From Candidatus Poribacteria bacterium (GTDB taxonomy: Bacteria > Poribacteria > WGA-4E > WGA-3G), in contig OZ244821.1 in NCBI GenBank assembly GCA_965220325.1, positions 4,381,924 to 4,445,923 on the forward strand: DNA of 64,000 bases, given 5' to 3'. The translations under genes and the position numbers were made by a program. Within the stretch, counting starts at the first letter, position 1. Each line of letters starts with the position of its first letter. Below the pieces are notes generated by a model. The model was not told where the DNA came from, did not search any database, and saw only the letters and a list, made by a program, of their open reading frames with translations. Positions 46,389-56,020 of the stretch are shown here, one piece after another.

Positions 46389-46731
46389 ATTCTGCCTCCG
46401 TTTCTCTTGCTCGTTTTAAGCGTCGCTTGATAAGGTCTATATCTCTCTTGGGCGTTTTTATCCCTCGCGTTGATTTTTTCTCAAAACAATGCAATACATA
46501 CACTCGCTCTCGAATACTGACCGTGTAAACAGCCCGATAAGCATTGGTAGAGTGCCGGGCAACAATCTGCTGTACCCCCGTCCCGAGGCCCCGCATCGGT
46601 TTGGCAGCTGGATGTTTATCCCCGAGCTGTGCGTATTCTAACGCTTTACCGATTGTTCGTCTGGCCTCTTTCGGGAATTGCCGCAGGCGTTCACGGGAAT
46701 CCGCAACCCATATAACGTCTTTCATATACAC
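46381..46731 (-). CDS. higB: HigB / Gp49-like (RelE/ParE superfamily) toxin
   Basis: AYRAVYTVSIRERVYVLHCFEKKSTRGIKTPKRDIDLIKRRLK matches the Gp49/HigB family. The toxin gene is upstream and overlaps the antitoxin by 8 nt. Confidence 0.6.
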   Translation of the reverse strand: MYMKDVIWVADSRERLRQFPKEARRTIGKALEYAQLGDKHPAAKPMRGLGTGVQQIVARHSTNAYRAVYTVSIRERVYVLHCFEKKSTRGIKTPKRDIDLIKRRLKRARETEAEYV

Positions 46732-46743
46732 TTCTAAAAGGTC

Positions 46744-49443
46744 TTAAAGTGGTTCTAACCGGACAGGACACACTTTGAGTTCAGCCGTGTGCGTGACCGG
46801 ATCGTAACCCGAACCTGTCAATAGATTAACAGGGACATCCGCGAAACTAAAACTGGCGAAAACGGTGCCGCGCGGCGAGCGGTTCGTCGCTTTTACCTTG
46901 ATGTTAATACTGCCACGGGCGCTACTCATTTTGCACCATTCACCGTCTGTCAATTCCCACCTCTCAATGTCGGCAGGATTGACTTCCAGCGATTCTTCTG
47001 GCAAGAGGTAATCAATGCCTTGTGCTCTGCCTGTCTGCGTTCGTGTATGATAGGACGCTAAGCGTCTGCCTGTTGTGAGCCATACGGGGAACTCATCGCT
47101 GATTGTCTCCGCGGGGTCTCGGTAATGAACGTTTGAAAAGAGACCGCGCCCGTTGACGAATTCTTCTTCATGGAGCATTGGGGTCCCCGGATGCCCTTTA
47201 TAGGGTACGGGCCACTGGTACTCGCCTTTCTCAACGCGATCCCAATCTAAGCCTGCGTAAATCGGTGAAACCTGACAGAGTTCGTTGAAAATCGGTTTCG
47301 GTGCATCAAAATCAAAACCTTTAAAACCGAGCCGTTGTGCTATTTGGCAGATAATCCACCAGTCAGGTTTTGCGACACCTGGTGGCGGTACAGCGGCGCG
47401 GACCCGTTGGACGCGACGTTCTGTATTTGTGCATACGCCATCTGTTTCACCCCACGCAGTCGCTGGCAACACGACATCGGCAAGCTCAGCCGTCTCCGTG
47501 AGGAAGATGTCAATAACAACGAGGTGATCCAATGAACGGAGTGCATGCTCGCAATGCTCTCGATCTGGGTCGGAGAGCAACGTGTTTTCACCATCAATCA
47601 GCATCGCGCGGATGCTTTCTCCACAAAGTTCTAAAGCAGTTACTTTGGTAATCCCCTTCTCTAAATCGATTTCTCTGCCGTATTCTGCTTTGAATTTCTT
47701 TTGATACTTCGGCTCCGTAACAGATTGGAAGCCGGGATAGTTGTTCGGGAGTGCGCCGCTGTCTCCTGCGCCTTGAATATTATTTTGCCCACGCATCGGA
47801 TTGATGCCGGTTCCCTCGCGCCCGACGTTACCCGTCATCAAGGCGATGTTACATAGACTCCGTACGTTCTCAACACCACAGATATGCTCCGTGATTCCCA
47901 AAGTATAATAGATGGCACCTTTGTTCGCACTTCCGTACCATATCGCAGCGGTTTCAATGTCTTTTGCGGGGACACCTGTAATTGTTTCTGCCCATTCCGG
48001 TGTCCACTGACTGATGTGTTCAAAGAAGTCGTCAAATCCGGTTGTGCGATTTTCGATGAAATCCTCGTCAATCAAACCTTCACGTGCGATGACGTGTGCG
48101 ATTCCGAGGAGCAGTGCGGTATCCGAACCGACCCGGAGCGGTAAGTAGAGATGCGACATCTCTGCCAATCCGATGCGTCTCGGATCCGCTACGATGAGTT
48201 TCGCACCGCGGGCGATTGCTTTCTTAAGCCCTGTCGCTGCGACGGGGTGGCATTCGGTCATATTTGTGCCGATACAGAAGATCACATCCGGTTTCTGCAT
48301 ATCGACGAGCGGGTTAGACATGGCACCACGTCCGATTGTCGCTGCCAGACCGGCAACGGTTGGGGCGTGTCAGGCGCGGCTGCAGTTATCGATGTAGTTA
48401 GTGCCGAATCCAGCGCGGATAAACTTTTGCATGAGGTAGGCGGCTTCACTCGGTGCGCGCCCGGAGGCGATGCCGTAGATACTGTGTCTCCCGTGTTGGG
48501 TATTGACCTTCCGAAATCCGTCAGCGGCTTTATTCAGTGCGTCCTCCCATGTCGCTTCGTGGAGTTCGCCATCGGTGCCACGGATGAGTGGCGTTTTCAA
48601 GCGATCAGGATGCTGTACGAAGTCGTAAGCGAACTGCCCTTTAACGCAGAGTGCTCCCTGATTCGCAGGTCCGTCCATCGCGGGATGGATGCCGACAATC
48701 TTTTCATTTTTCGTGAGCACATCAACGGAACAACCGACACCACAATAGGGACAGATGGTGCGGGTTTTGTTAGGAACGGTATCGCCCACCTCATCAGTTG
48801 CGCGGAGTGCTTTTTTGTCCGCGAGAGCACCGGTCGGACAGGTCTGTATACATTGTCCACAGAAGGTGCAGGCAGAATCCTTGAGGTGTCCATCGAATTC
48901 GGTTGTAATCTGCGTATGGAAACCGCGGTTCATGATATTGATGGCATGGTCACCCTCTTGCTCAGCGCAGACGCGGACGCATCGGTAGCACGAAATGCAA
49001 AGTTCATAATCTCGGAGGATGAACGGATTGTCGTCATCAGCTTTACTGATGCCGGATTTCGCACCTATTATTTTTGAGGCATCAATATCGTACCTATCTC
49101 GGAGGTTCGAGAGTTCGTCTGACGCATAACCTCGTAATGGGGATACCTCAACTTCACGGTTCTCACTCACAACCATCTCCAGCAGCGTCTTCCGATACGC
49201 TTCTATCGTATCGGTTGTTGTCCGCACGACCATTCCGGGGGTCGCTTTCGTTGTACAGGATGCGACAGGATTCCGCGCCCCTTCTAATTCAACGATGCAG
49301 AGACGACAACCGCCGAAAGGTTCAAGCCTCGGATCGTAACAGAGCGTCGGAATCTCTTTTTCTTGTCGTTGCGCGACCTCAAGAATCGTTTCGCCTTCAC
49401 TAAAGGCGACTTCAATCCCATCAATTTCCATCTTATGCGTCAT
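46744..49443 (-). CDS. fdhA: Formate dehydrogenase alpha subunit (NuoG-like 2Fe-2S/4Fe-4S N-terminus + molybdopterin oxidoreductase), a selenoprotein with in-frame TGA (Sec) at 48370-48372
   Basis: The ORF-track pieces 48370-49443 and 46744-48321 are in the same frame and read ...YIDNCSRA-U-HAPTVAGLAATIGRGAMSNPLVD... across the TGA. This is the conserved CxR-U-H Sec motif of FDH catalytic subunits. An fdhF-like SECIS hairpin follows immediately. Confidence 0.8.
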
Positions 49444-49482
49444 GGTAGATACTCCAAAGCCAGAATTACATATTTACAGAGG

Positions 49483-50499
49483 CTACTCCTCTTCCTTTTC
49501 AGTGAAGTCGATTTGTGGCACTTTCAACTCACCAGCAAGGATTTTCGATTTCGCTTCTTCAACGGCTTTTTGAACATCTTCCGGCACCTTATCCTTTAGC
49601 GTAGGACTGTATGTGAGGGTGATCGCTTCGTCCGTCAGCATGTTGAAAGTATAGATTTTCGGTTTGAACTTACCTTCCTTAATAATCTTGGCAATTTGTA
49701 CAAAAGCGTTGGGTGTAATCACAGCATTCGCAATCACAGTTGGGGATATGTCGCTCTTGTCGCGATTTGCGCCGAAGGTGTATACGATTTTACCGTCTTT
49801 TTGCGCGAGTTCAGCTGCCTCATAAGCGCCGAGTCCGGCTGCGTCGGCATTCGGAAAGATAAAGTCAACACCTTCGTTAATCTGTGCAAGTGCGAGTTCT
49901 TTTCCTTTACCGATGTCTTCCCAGTTTCCGACGTATACATAGGACACGTCTACTTCAGAGTTGACACTTTTCGCGCCGCCCTCAAACGCCATAAATGTGC
50001 TATTGACAGACGGGATGTTCTGTCCGCCCATGACACCAATTTTATTCGTATTGGTCATCATGCCTGCGATCATCCCTAATAGATAGGCTGCCTGCTCGAC
50101 ACGGAAGTTCGCTGGCGAAATATTGTCGGTGATGGTGCCGCCGGAAGAGGTGATGAAAATCGTCTCAGGGAAGTCGACAGCGACGGCTTTGGCGGGGTCT
50201 TGAAACTCGTATCCGTGTCCAAACACTAAGTTATAACCGTCAAGTGCGTAAGAACGGAATTGTTCTTCTTGATCGGATGGGGTTCGTGTTTCGGCGTGGC
50301 TGATTTCTGCGCCGAGTTCCTTTTCGATGGCGACGAGACCTTCGTAGGCCAAAGCGTTCCATCCGGCATCACTAATTGAGCCGGGAAGCAACATAGCAAC
50401 CTTGAATTTCTCATGTCCTTTTGCGTCGAGGTCGATATCCGTAACGAGTATGAATCCGATTGCGAAAAGACATAAGACGGTCCAACAAAAGTTTTTCAT
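49483..50499 (-). CDS. BMP-family (PnrA/Med-like) ABC transporter substrate-binding lipoprotein
   Basis: Signal peptide; KFKVAMLLPGSISDAGWN...FGHGYEF. Confidence 0.8.
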   Translation of the reverse strand: MKNFCWTVLCLFAIGFILVTDIDLDAKGHEKFKVAMLLPGSISDAGWNALAYEGLVAIEKELGAEISHAETRTPSDQEEQFRSYALDGYNLVFGHGYEFQDPAKAVAVDFPETIFITSSGGTITDNISPANFRVEQAAYLLGMIAGMMTNTNKIGVMGGQNIPSVNSTFMAFEGGAKSVNSEVDVSYVYVGNWEDIGKGKELALAQINEGVDFIFPNADAAGLGAYEAAELAQKDGKIVYTFGANRDKSDISPTVIANAVITPNAFVQIAKIIKEGKFKPKIYTFNMLTDEAITLTYSPTLKDKVPEDVQKAVEEAKSKILAGELKVPQIDFTEKEEE

Positions 50500-50719
50500 G
50501 TGTGTATTTTTCCTCCATTACATTTTAAAATATGGGGATATTATAGCATGTTTGTCTCGGAAATGTAAAGCGGGAATTTCATCTTATATTTATTTTGACT
50601 GCTAAGCGATGATGTGATATACTTAACCGAGAGTCAATACCCTATCGCGTCGCACAATCAAACCATAATTTAACAGCAGAGAAAAGGGTAATCATACCTA
50701 CCGAAGAGGGTATAAGCTA

Positions 50720-51571
50720 ATGAGCAAGTTTGAAGTTAAAGTTAATGCGAAAACGCATCTGGTTGTTGACAGTCATACGGGCAGGTGTTTGGGTGGTGTG
50801 GGCGCGAATTTTTATCGTCCCTTCGTTTTTCCGTTCTACACGCCAGCCGGACTTACCGTCGTTCAGGAGTTCGCATTTGATCACCCGTTCCACAACGGTA
50901 TTTTCGTTGGGCAGGGGCCGGTTCAGGTCGGAGATAGAGCGGCAGGTTTTTGGGCATCGCCACCCCGCCGCTCTTGGACGGACAAAGTCTTTGAGAAGTT
51001 GGGACGGATGGACACACAGAAGGATATTGACATCACATCACACGCCGATGGTGTTCAATTCGTTCAAAACGTTGTCTGGCGCGATGAAAACGAGGAACCG
51101 TTGATTGACGAAATTCGGACGGTTAATCTCTACGCGTGTGCGAATGCCACAGTCTGCGATATGACGAGCGAGAAGATGGCAACTTACGGTGCTGCGACCT
51201 ATCCACAGACGAAGTTTGGTAGTATCGGTATCCGCGTTGAACCGAGACTTTTACCGGTCATGGGGGGTATTGTGCTGGCGGACAACGGACGTAGTGGCGG
51301 TGTTGATGTTGTTCACGAAGGTGAGTCCGATTTCGTCGCCTATCAGAACGCCTTAAACGGACATGGCGCGTTTGGTGTTTTTATGAGCATCCTTAATGAA
51401 GGTATTCGCGGTCCGTGGTTTATTCGGGATTACGGGATGGCGCTCTATAACCCGACTTGGACGGGATCTGTTTCAACACCCGAAGGTGAAAGTTGGAAAG
51501 TCTCGCTTCGGGTTATCGCTTACGACGGAGAACTCACATCGTCAAGATCGGAAAATTGGTGTCTGCTGTAG
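50720..51571 (+). CDS. Hypothetical protein (283 aa)
   Basis: ORF with an AAGAGGG RBS; no family recognised with confidence. Confidence 0.35.
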   Translation: MSKFEVKVNAKTHLVVDSHTGRCLGGVGANFYRPFVFPFYTPAGLTVVQEFAFDHPFHNGIFVGQGPVQVGDRAAGFWASPPRRSWTDKVFEKLGRMDTQKDIDITSHADGVQFVQNVVWRDENEEPLIDEIRTVNLYACANATVCDMTSEKMATYGAATYPQTKFGSIGIRVEPRLLPVMGGIVLADNGRSGGVDVVHEGESDFVAYQNALNGHGAFGVFMSILNEGIRGPWFIRDYGMALYNPTWTGSVSTPEGESWKVSLRVIAYDGELTSSRSENWCLL

Positions 51572-53215
51572 ATGGAAAAAGAAAACATCCTTGAACTTCG
51601 GAATGTTACAAAGACCTTCGGTGATTTCGTCGCTGTTGACGGTGTTGATTTTGCGCTGCGAGCGGGTGAGATTCACGCGATTTTAGGTGAGAACGGCGCG
51701 GGTAAGTCTACACTGATGAATCTTATTTATGGACTCTATCAACCGTCGGATGGACGCATCTATGTTACAGATCGTGAAGGTTGGCGGCGTAGACTGCATG
51801 CGAAATCACCACGTGACGCGATTGTTAACGGTATCGGCATGGTGCATCAGCACTTTATGCTAATTGAAAATCTGACTGTCGCTGAGAACATCGCGTTGAG
51901 TCTCGGGCAATTAAAAGGAGATCAGAAAGATCGGATGGAAGGATGGAAGGATGGAAGGATGGATGCCTCTCAGTCTTCCATCCTTCCACGCTTCCTGTCT
52001 TCTCTTCCGTTCCCTGATTTTTGGTTTAAGAAAGCGGAAGCGATTCGTATCACGCAAGCACTCTCTGAGCAGTTCGGTTTAACTGTCGATCCGACAGCCC
52101 TCGTACGCACCCTGTCGGTCGGGTTGAAACAGCGGGTTGAAATTTTAAAGGCATTGGCGGTTGATGCCCGGATTCTCATTCTTGATGAACCGACGGCTGT
52201 CCTGAGTCCGCAAGAGGTGGAAGGCTTCTTTAGAATTCTACGCAACCTCCAAGCCGACGGTCGCGCGATTATCTTCATTAGCCACAAAATGAAAGAGGTT
52301 CTAAGCATCAGCAATAGGATTACTGTGTTAAGGCGTGGCAAGAAAGTCTATCTCGGTCCGACAGGTGAACTAACGGCACGTGAACTCGCGCGCGAGATGA
52401 TCGGGGAAGAAATCAACGAGGTTCAACCTTCTGTAGGGGGCAGGTTACCCAACTCGGACGAAAACGATCCCGCAGATAGCGTGCTACAACTCGAAAATCT
52501 AACGGTACTCGGTAGCCGAAACGAAATCGCGGTCTCAGATGTCTCGATGGAAACCCGTCGCGGTGAAATTGTCGGCGTTGCTGGGGTTGATGGCAATGGA
52601 CAGCGCGAACTCGCCGAGGCGATCATGGGTTTACGGCACCGGACATCTGGAACGATAAGCATTTCAGGTGCCGATCCACGGGGGACAAAAGCGGTCCGGC
52701 AACGCGGGGTCGGTTACATCCCTGAAGATAGACAGACGACAGGTATCATCGCGTCGTTCTCGGTTACAGAGAACCTCTTGCTGAATGTGACGCATTTGGA
52801 GAGGACAGCGCGTTGGAATATCCTCAACGAAACCCGAAAACGGGGCATAGCAAAACACCTCATCGCTGATTACGACATCCGTCCGCCTGTCGCTGGCATT
52901 CCCGCCGCTGCACTCTCCGGCGGCAATCAACAGAAAGTTGTCCTCGCCCGCGAAATCTCGCTCCTACCCGATCTACTTATTGCCGTTAATCCGACACGCG
53001 GCTTAGATGTCAACGCGGCTCGTTACGTACACGAGAACTTGTTGGCACAACGCGACGCAGAAAAGTCTGTGCTCCTCATTTCAACAGAGTTAGATGAGGT
53101 CTTGCTCTTGAGTGATCGGCTTTTTGTGATGTCAAGGGGTAAGTTGATTGAGGCGACCGCACAACGCAACGACATTGAGGCACTCGGGTTGTTAATGACG
53201 GGGGAAGGGTTATAA
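51572..53215 (+). CDS. ABC transporter ATP-binding protein with two nucleotide-binding domains (BMP/sugar-type)
   Basis: Two Walker A motifs (GENGAGKST, GVDGNGQRE) and two signature regions (LSVGLKQRVEILKAL, LSGGNQQKVVLAREI). It contains an in-frame repeat insert at 51934-52000. Confidence 0.85.
   Translation: MEKENILELRNVTKTFGDFVAVDGVDFALRAGEIHAILGENGAGKSTLMNLIYGLYQPSDGRIYVTDREGWRRRLHAKSPRDAIVNGIGMVHQHFMLIENLTVAENIALSLGQLKGDQKDRMEGWKDGRMDASQSSILPRFLSSLPFPDFWFKKAEAIRITQALSEQFGLTVDPTALVRTLSVGLKQRVEILKALAVDARILILDEPTAVLSPQEVEGFFRILRNLQADGRAIIFISHKMKEVLSISNRITVLRRGKKVYLGPTGELTARELAREMIGEEINEVQPSVGGRLPNSDENDPADSVLQLENLTVLGSRNEIAVSDVSMETRRGEIVGVAGVDGNGQRELAEAIMGLRHRTSGTISISGADPRGTKAVRQRGVGYIPEDRQTTGIIASFSVTENLLLNVTHLERTARWNILNETRKRGIAKHLIADYDIRPPVAGIPAAALSGGNQQKVVLAREISLLPDLLIAVNPTRGLDVNAARYVHENLLAQRDAEKSVLLISTELDEVLLLSDRLFVMSRGKLIEATAQRNDIEALGLLMTGEGL
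51934..52000. repeat. Palindromic micro-repeat inserted in-frame in the ABC ATPase gene: (GGATGGAA)x3 plus the inverted copy TCCATCCTTCC
   Basis: ggatggaaggatggaaggatggaaggatgg atgcctctcagtc ttccatccttcc: an 11-bp stem and ~14-nt loop. It encodes ...MEGWKDGRMDASQSSILPRF... Confidence 0.55.
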
Positions 53216-53333
53216 GTTACAAGTAATGGGTTATGAGTTCTCTGTTTTCAGTTAAAGAGGTTCCTTGCAGTAATTCAACGCGTCTTGGAATATTCGAGAG
53301 CAATGTTAATTGTTACCAAACGTCTCTTAACCT

Positions 53334-53385
53334 TGACCAACAACTCGTGCCTTAAAAAAAGTATCGGAGTCGAGTTGTTGGTCAA
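53334..53385. repeat. 15-bp perfect inverted repeat TTGACCAACAACTCG-N22-CGAGTTGTTGGTCAA in a repeat-rich intergenic region (53216-53418)
   Basis: Exact reverse-complement arms. The neighbouring motifs ttataagttacaag and acttataactaacaaccgacaact recall the leuA-flanking repeats. Confidence 0.5.
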
Positions 53386-53418
53386 AACTTATAACTAACA
53401 ACCGACAACTCTTAAAAC

Positions 53419-54504
53419 ATGATATCGAAATTAGGCAACATATTCAACAGATTAAAAAGAATCAACATTATTCATTGGCTGGCGGCACCGGTTATAATTT
53501 TGGCGAGTGCGTTTATTGTCAACGCTATTATAATGCTGCTCTGTCACTATAACCCCTTGGATGCCTACTTAGCTGCCGTGGATGGTGCCTTCGGTGGTAA
53601 GCGGAAATTCGGGGAGACGTTGGTGAAAAGCACTCCGTTTCTGATGACTGGACTTTCCGTCGCGATGGCGTTTCGGTGCGGGATTTGGAACATCGGTGCT
53701 GAGGGGCAGTTTCTGATAGGAGCGCTAGCAGCGACATGGTTTGGAACGAAACTCGCGCCTCTTTTTCCCGAAAGTCCATGGATAGCGGTACCGATGTCGC
53801 TCGGTATCGCTATACTTGCGGGTGGAATGTGGGGGCTGATCCCCGCAGTGCTCAAGGTAGCACGCGGTGTCAACGAAGTTATCAGTACGATTATGCTGAA
53901 CTACGTCGCTATCCATCTCATGAATATGATGATAGATGGCGGTCCCTTGCAGGAGGCATCGCAGCGTGGTCCACAGAGTGACCGGATTGCGGAGTGGGTA
54001 TTCCTACCCCGGTTTTTCCCGCCGCATCGGATCCATCTCGGCATTGTTATCGCTGTGGTATTAGCTATTGTCCTTACATTCATCCTTTTTCGGACAGCGT
54101 TTGGCTACCAACTCCGGGCAGTTGGAGAGGGTGCGGCTGCAGCGGAGGCAGCAGGGATTTCGGTCGTGCATAACACGCTTCGTGTCTTTTTCATTAGTGG
54201 TGCACTCGCGGGCCTTGGCGGCGCGATTGAACTCACAGCACTGACACGTCGGTTATTTCTTAACTTCTCACCCGGATACGGTTATACAGCGATTGCGGTT
54301 GCATTGTTAGCAAAGTTGAATCCGTTGGTGACAGTTGCCGCGGCACTGTTGTTTGGCGCGCTATCGACCGGTTCATATAGTATGCAACGCAAGGTCGGTA
54401 TCTCTGACAGAGTAACGTTTGTAATACAAGCGACGATCCTCCTATTTGTTATCGGTTACGGTTCTATCCAGCTTTTCCGAAAACGTGCGTCTACACACTC
54501 TTAG
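53419..54504 (+). CDS. ABC transporter permease (BMP-family system, permease 1)
   Basis: Multi-TM with the family length; follows the ATPase. Confidence 0.8.
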   Translation: MISKLGNIFNRLKRINIIHWLAAPVIILASAFIVNAIIMLLCHYNPLDAYLAAVDGAFGGKRKFGETLVKSTPFLMTGLSVAMAFRCGIWNIGAEGQFLIGALAATWFGTKLAPLFPESPWIAVPMSLGIAILAGGMWGLIPAVLKVARGVNEVISTIMLNYVAIHLMNMMIDGGPLQEASQRGPQSDRIAEWVFLPRFFPPHRIHLGIVIAVVLAIVLTFILFRTAFGYQLRAVGEGAAAAEAAGISVVHNTLRVFFISGALAGLGGAIELTALTRRLFLNFSPGYGYTAIAVALLAKLNPLVTVAAALLFGALSTGSYSMQRKVGISDRVTFVIQATILLFVIGYGSIQLFRKRASTHS

Positions 54505-54526
54505 GACTATGTTCATCTGTAACTTG

Positions 54527-54550
54527 TAGTCGCGAGTTCTACTCGCGACT
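54527..54550. terminator. Stem-loop GTCGCGAGT-tct-ACTCGCGAC downstream of the permease (no T-tract)
   Basis: A 9-bp perfect stem. It is followed by the direct repeat gacagaaccatcaagga x2 at 54574-54607. Confidence 0.3.
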
Positions 54551-54859
54551 CTTAACATGGGGAAAAGGTTTGACAGAACCATCAAGGACAGAACCATCAA
54601 GGAACTGACGCCCAAGGTCCAGCGAAAATAGAGGGACCTTGACAGTGTTCTCGCCGATGCTCGCTACAGTTAGAAAAAAGGTGTTGCTTTTATTTTCCGT
54701 GTGAGGTATTATAGTCTTATCTGTTGGATAGGAAAGCAAGCACCTGCTCCCTCGCGGGTGTCCTATCCGCCCGCTTGCTTGGGGACAGCAGAGGCAGGCA
54801 GTGAGAACCAACAATCAGAGCAGACAATTCAGGGACTTATGTGCCAATCGTGAGATCCG

Positions 54860-56008
54860 ATGAACGAGATTAGAGATGGACACTACACGCTCGGTATCGC
54901 TTATCTGAATGCGGAACAGTATGCCGAAGCGATAACGCATTTTCAGCAGTCGGTGGAATTAGACGCGACTTTTATTGAGGGGTACCACGCGCTTGCGCTG
55001 GTACACTTTGGTGCGCATCGTTTGAAAGACGCTAAAGCAGCGGCTTTAGAGGCACTAAAGATTGATACGACGCACGCTCCGACGCTTTCCTTCCTACAAG
55101 CACTTGATCCGGGCGCGTCCGCACCGCGGGAAACTGTCGCGCCGAGTGAACCTCCCGATGTCGTCGCGACACAGGCTGAAACAGAAAATACCGCGAAGCC
55201 GACTGCGGCGGAAGTCCCGACGATCCCCGCCGATCCGCCTGAACAAGAAGCCGTGCCGCCGAAAGCCGATGCTGCCAATGATACCGATATAGACAAAACC
55301 CTCGAGCGGGGTATCACATTTTTGGCGAACAAACAATATCTGCAAGCCGAAGAAGCGTTGAAGAAGGTAATAAAAGCCTCCCCGAACCATGCCGTTGCGC
55401 ATTACCATCTCGCACAGAGTTACATGGAAACGGGTGCGTTGACAGATGCGAGTGTTGAAGCGGACACAGCGTTACGTCTGAATCCTTCCTACCAGCCCGC
55501 GCAACAACTCAAAGAGGGCATCCGTTATCTCGCGAACCGAGAAAGACACCGCCGACTTCAAAAGAAACTCATCAGATACTGCGTGCCGGTGGTGGTCGTC
55601 GTGCTTGCTGTTTTTCTCGGCTTCCGATATGGTGTTTTCAAAGGGATATTGCCAGCATCGACACCGCCGCAACTTTCGATTGACACGACGCTCGAAGAAC
55701 CACAGGAGAAGAACGGCTACATCGATGCCGGCGAGTCGGTAAAGCTGAAGTTGTCCGTCACGAATATGGGCGGTGCTGGTAAAAACCTGATTGTCCGTGT
55801 GGTGCCAAAAAGCATCAAGGGCTTACGGTATCATGCAGCTGATAGGACAGTGAACATCGCCAAAGAAGGTTTCGCAACGTTGCGTATCCCGATCGCTGCG
55901 GATAAAGATGTCGGTACGAAGCGGGTCTCACTGAAAATAGATGTCTTAGATGCGTATCAGAGCGTGCTTGCGACAAAGGTCGAGCATCTCTCTATTCAGT
56001 CTAAATAA
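54860..56008 (+). CDS. TPR-repeat protein with a central TM segment and C-terminal domain
   Basis: TPR-like helices at the N-terminus and middle; the TM segment YCVPVVVVVLAVFLGF. Confidence 0.55.
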   Translation: MNEIRDGHYTLGIAYLNAEQYAEAITHFQQSVELDATFIEGYHALALVHFGAHRLKDAKAAALEALKIDTTHAPTLSFLQALDPGASAPRETVAPSEPPDVVATQAETENTAKPTAAEVPTIPADPPEQEAVPPKADAANDTDIDKTLERGITFLANKQYLQAEEALKKVIKASPNHAVAHYHLAQSYMETGALTDASVEADTALRLNPSYQPAQQLKEGIRYLANRERHRRLQKKLIRYCVPVVVVVLAVFLGFRYGVFKGILPASTPPQLSIDTTLEEPQEKNGYIDAGESVKLKLSVTNMGGAGKNLIVRVVPKSIKGLRYHAADRTVNIAKEGFATLRIPIAADKDVGTKRVSLKIDVLDAYQSVLATKVEHLSIQSK

Positions 56009-56020
56009 GGGGGCATTGCT

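Noticed and set aside
46744-49443. Two separate ORFs (525 aa and 357 aa) for molybdopterin oxidoreductase pieces in the ORF track
   Set aside because: They are in the same frame and are separated only by a TGA at the canonical FDH selenocysteine position, with a SECIS-like hairpin after it. I treat them as one selenoprotein gene.
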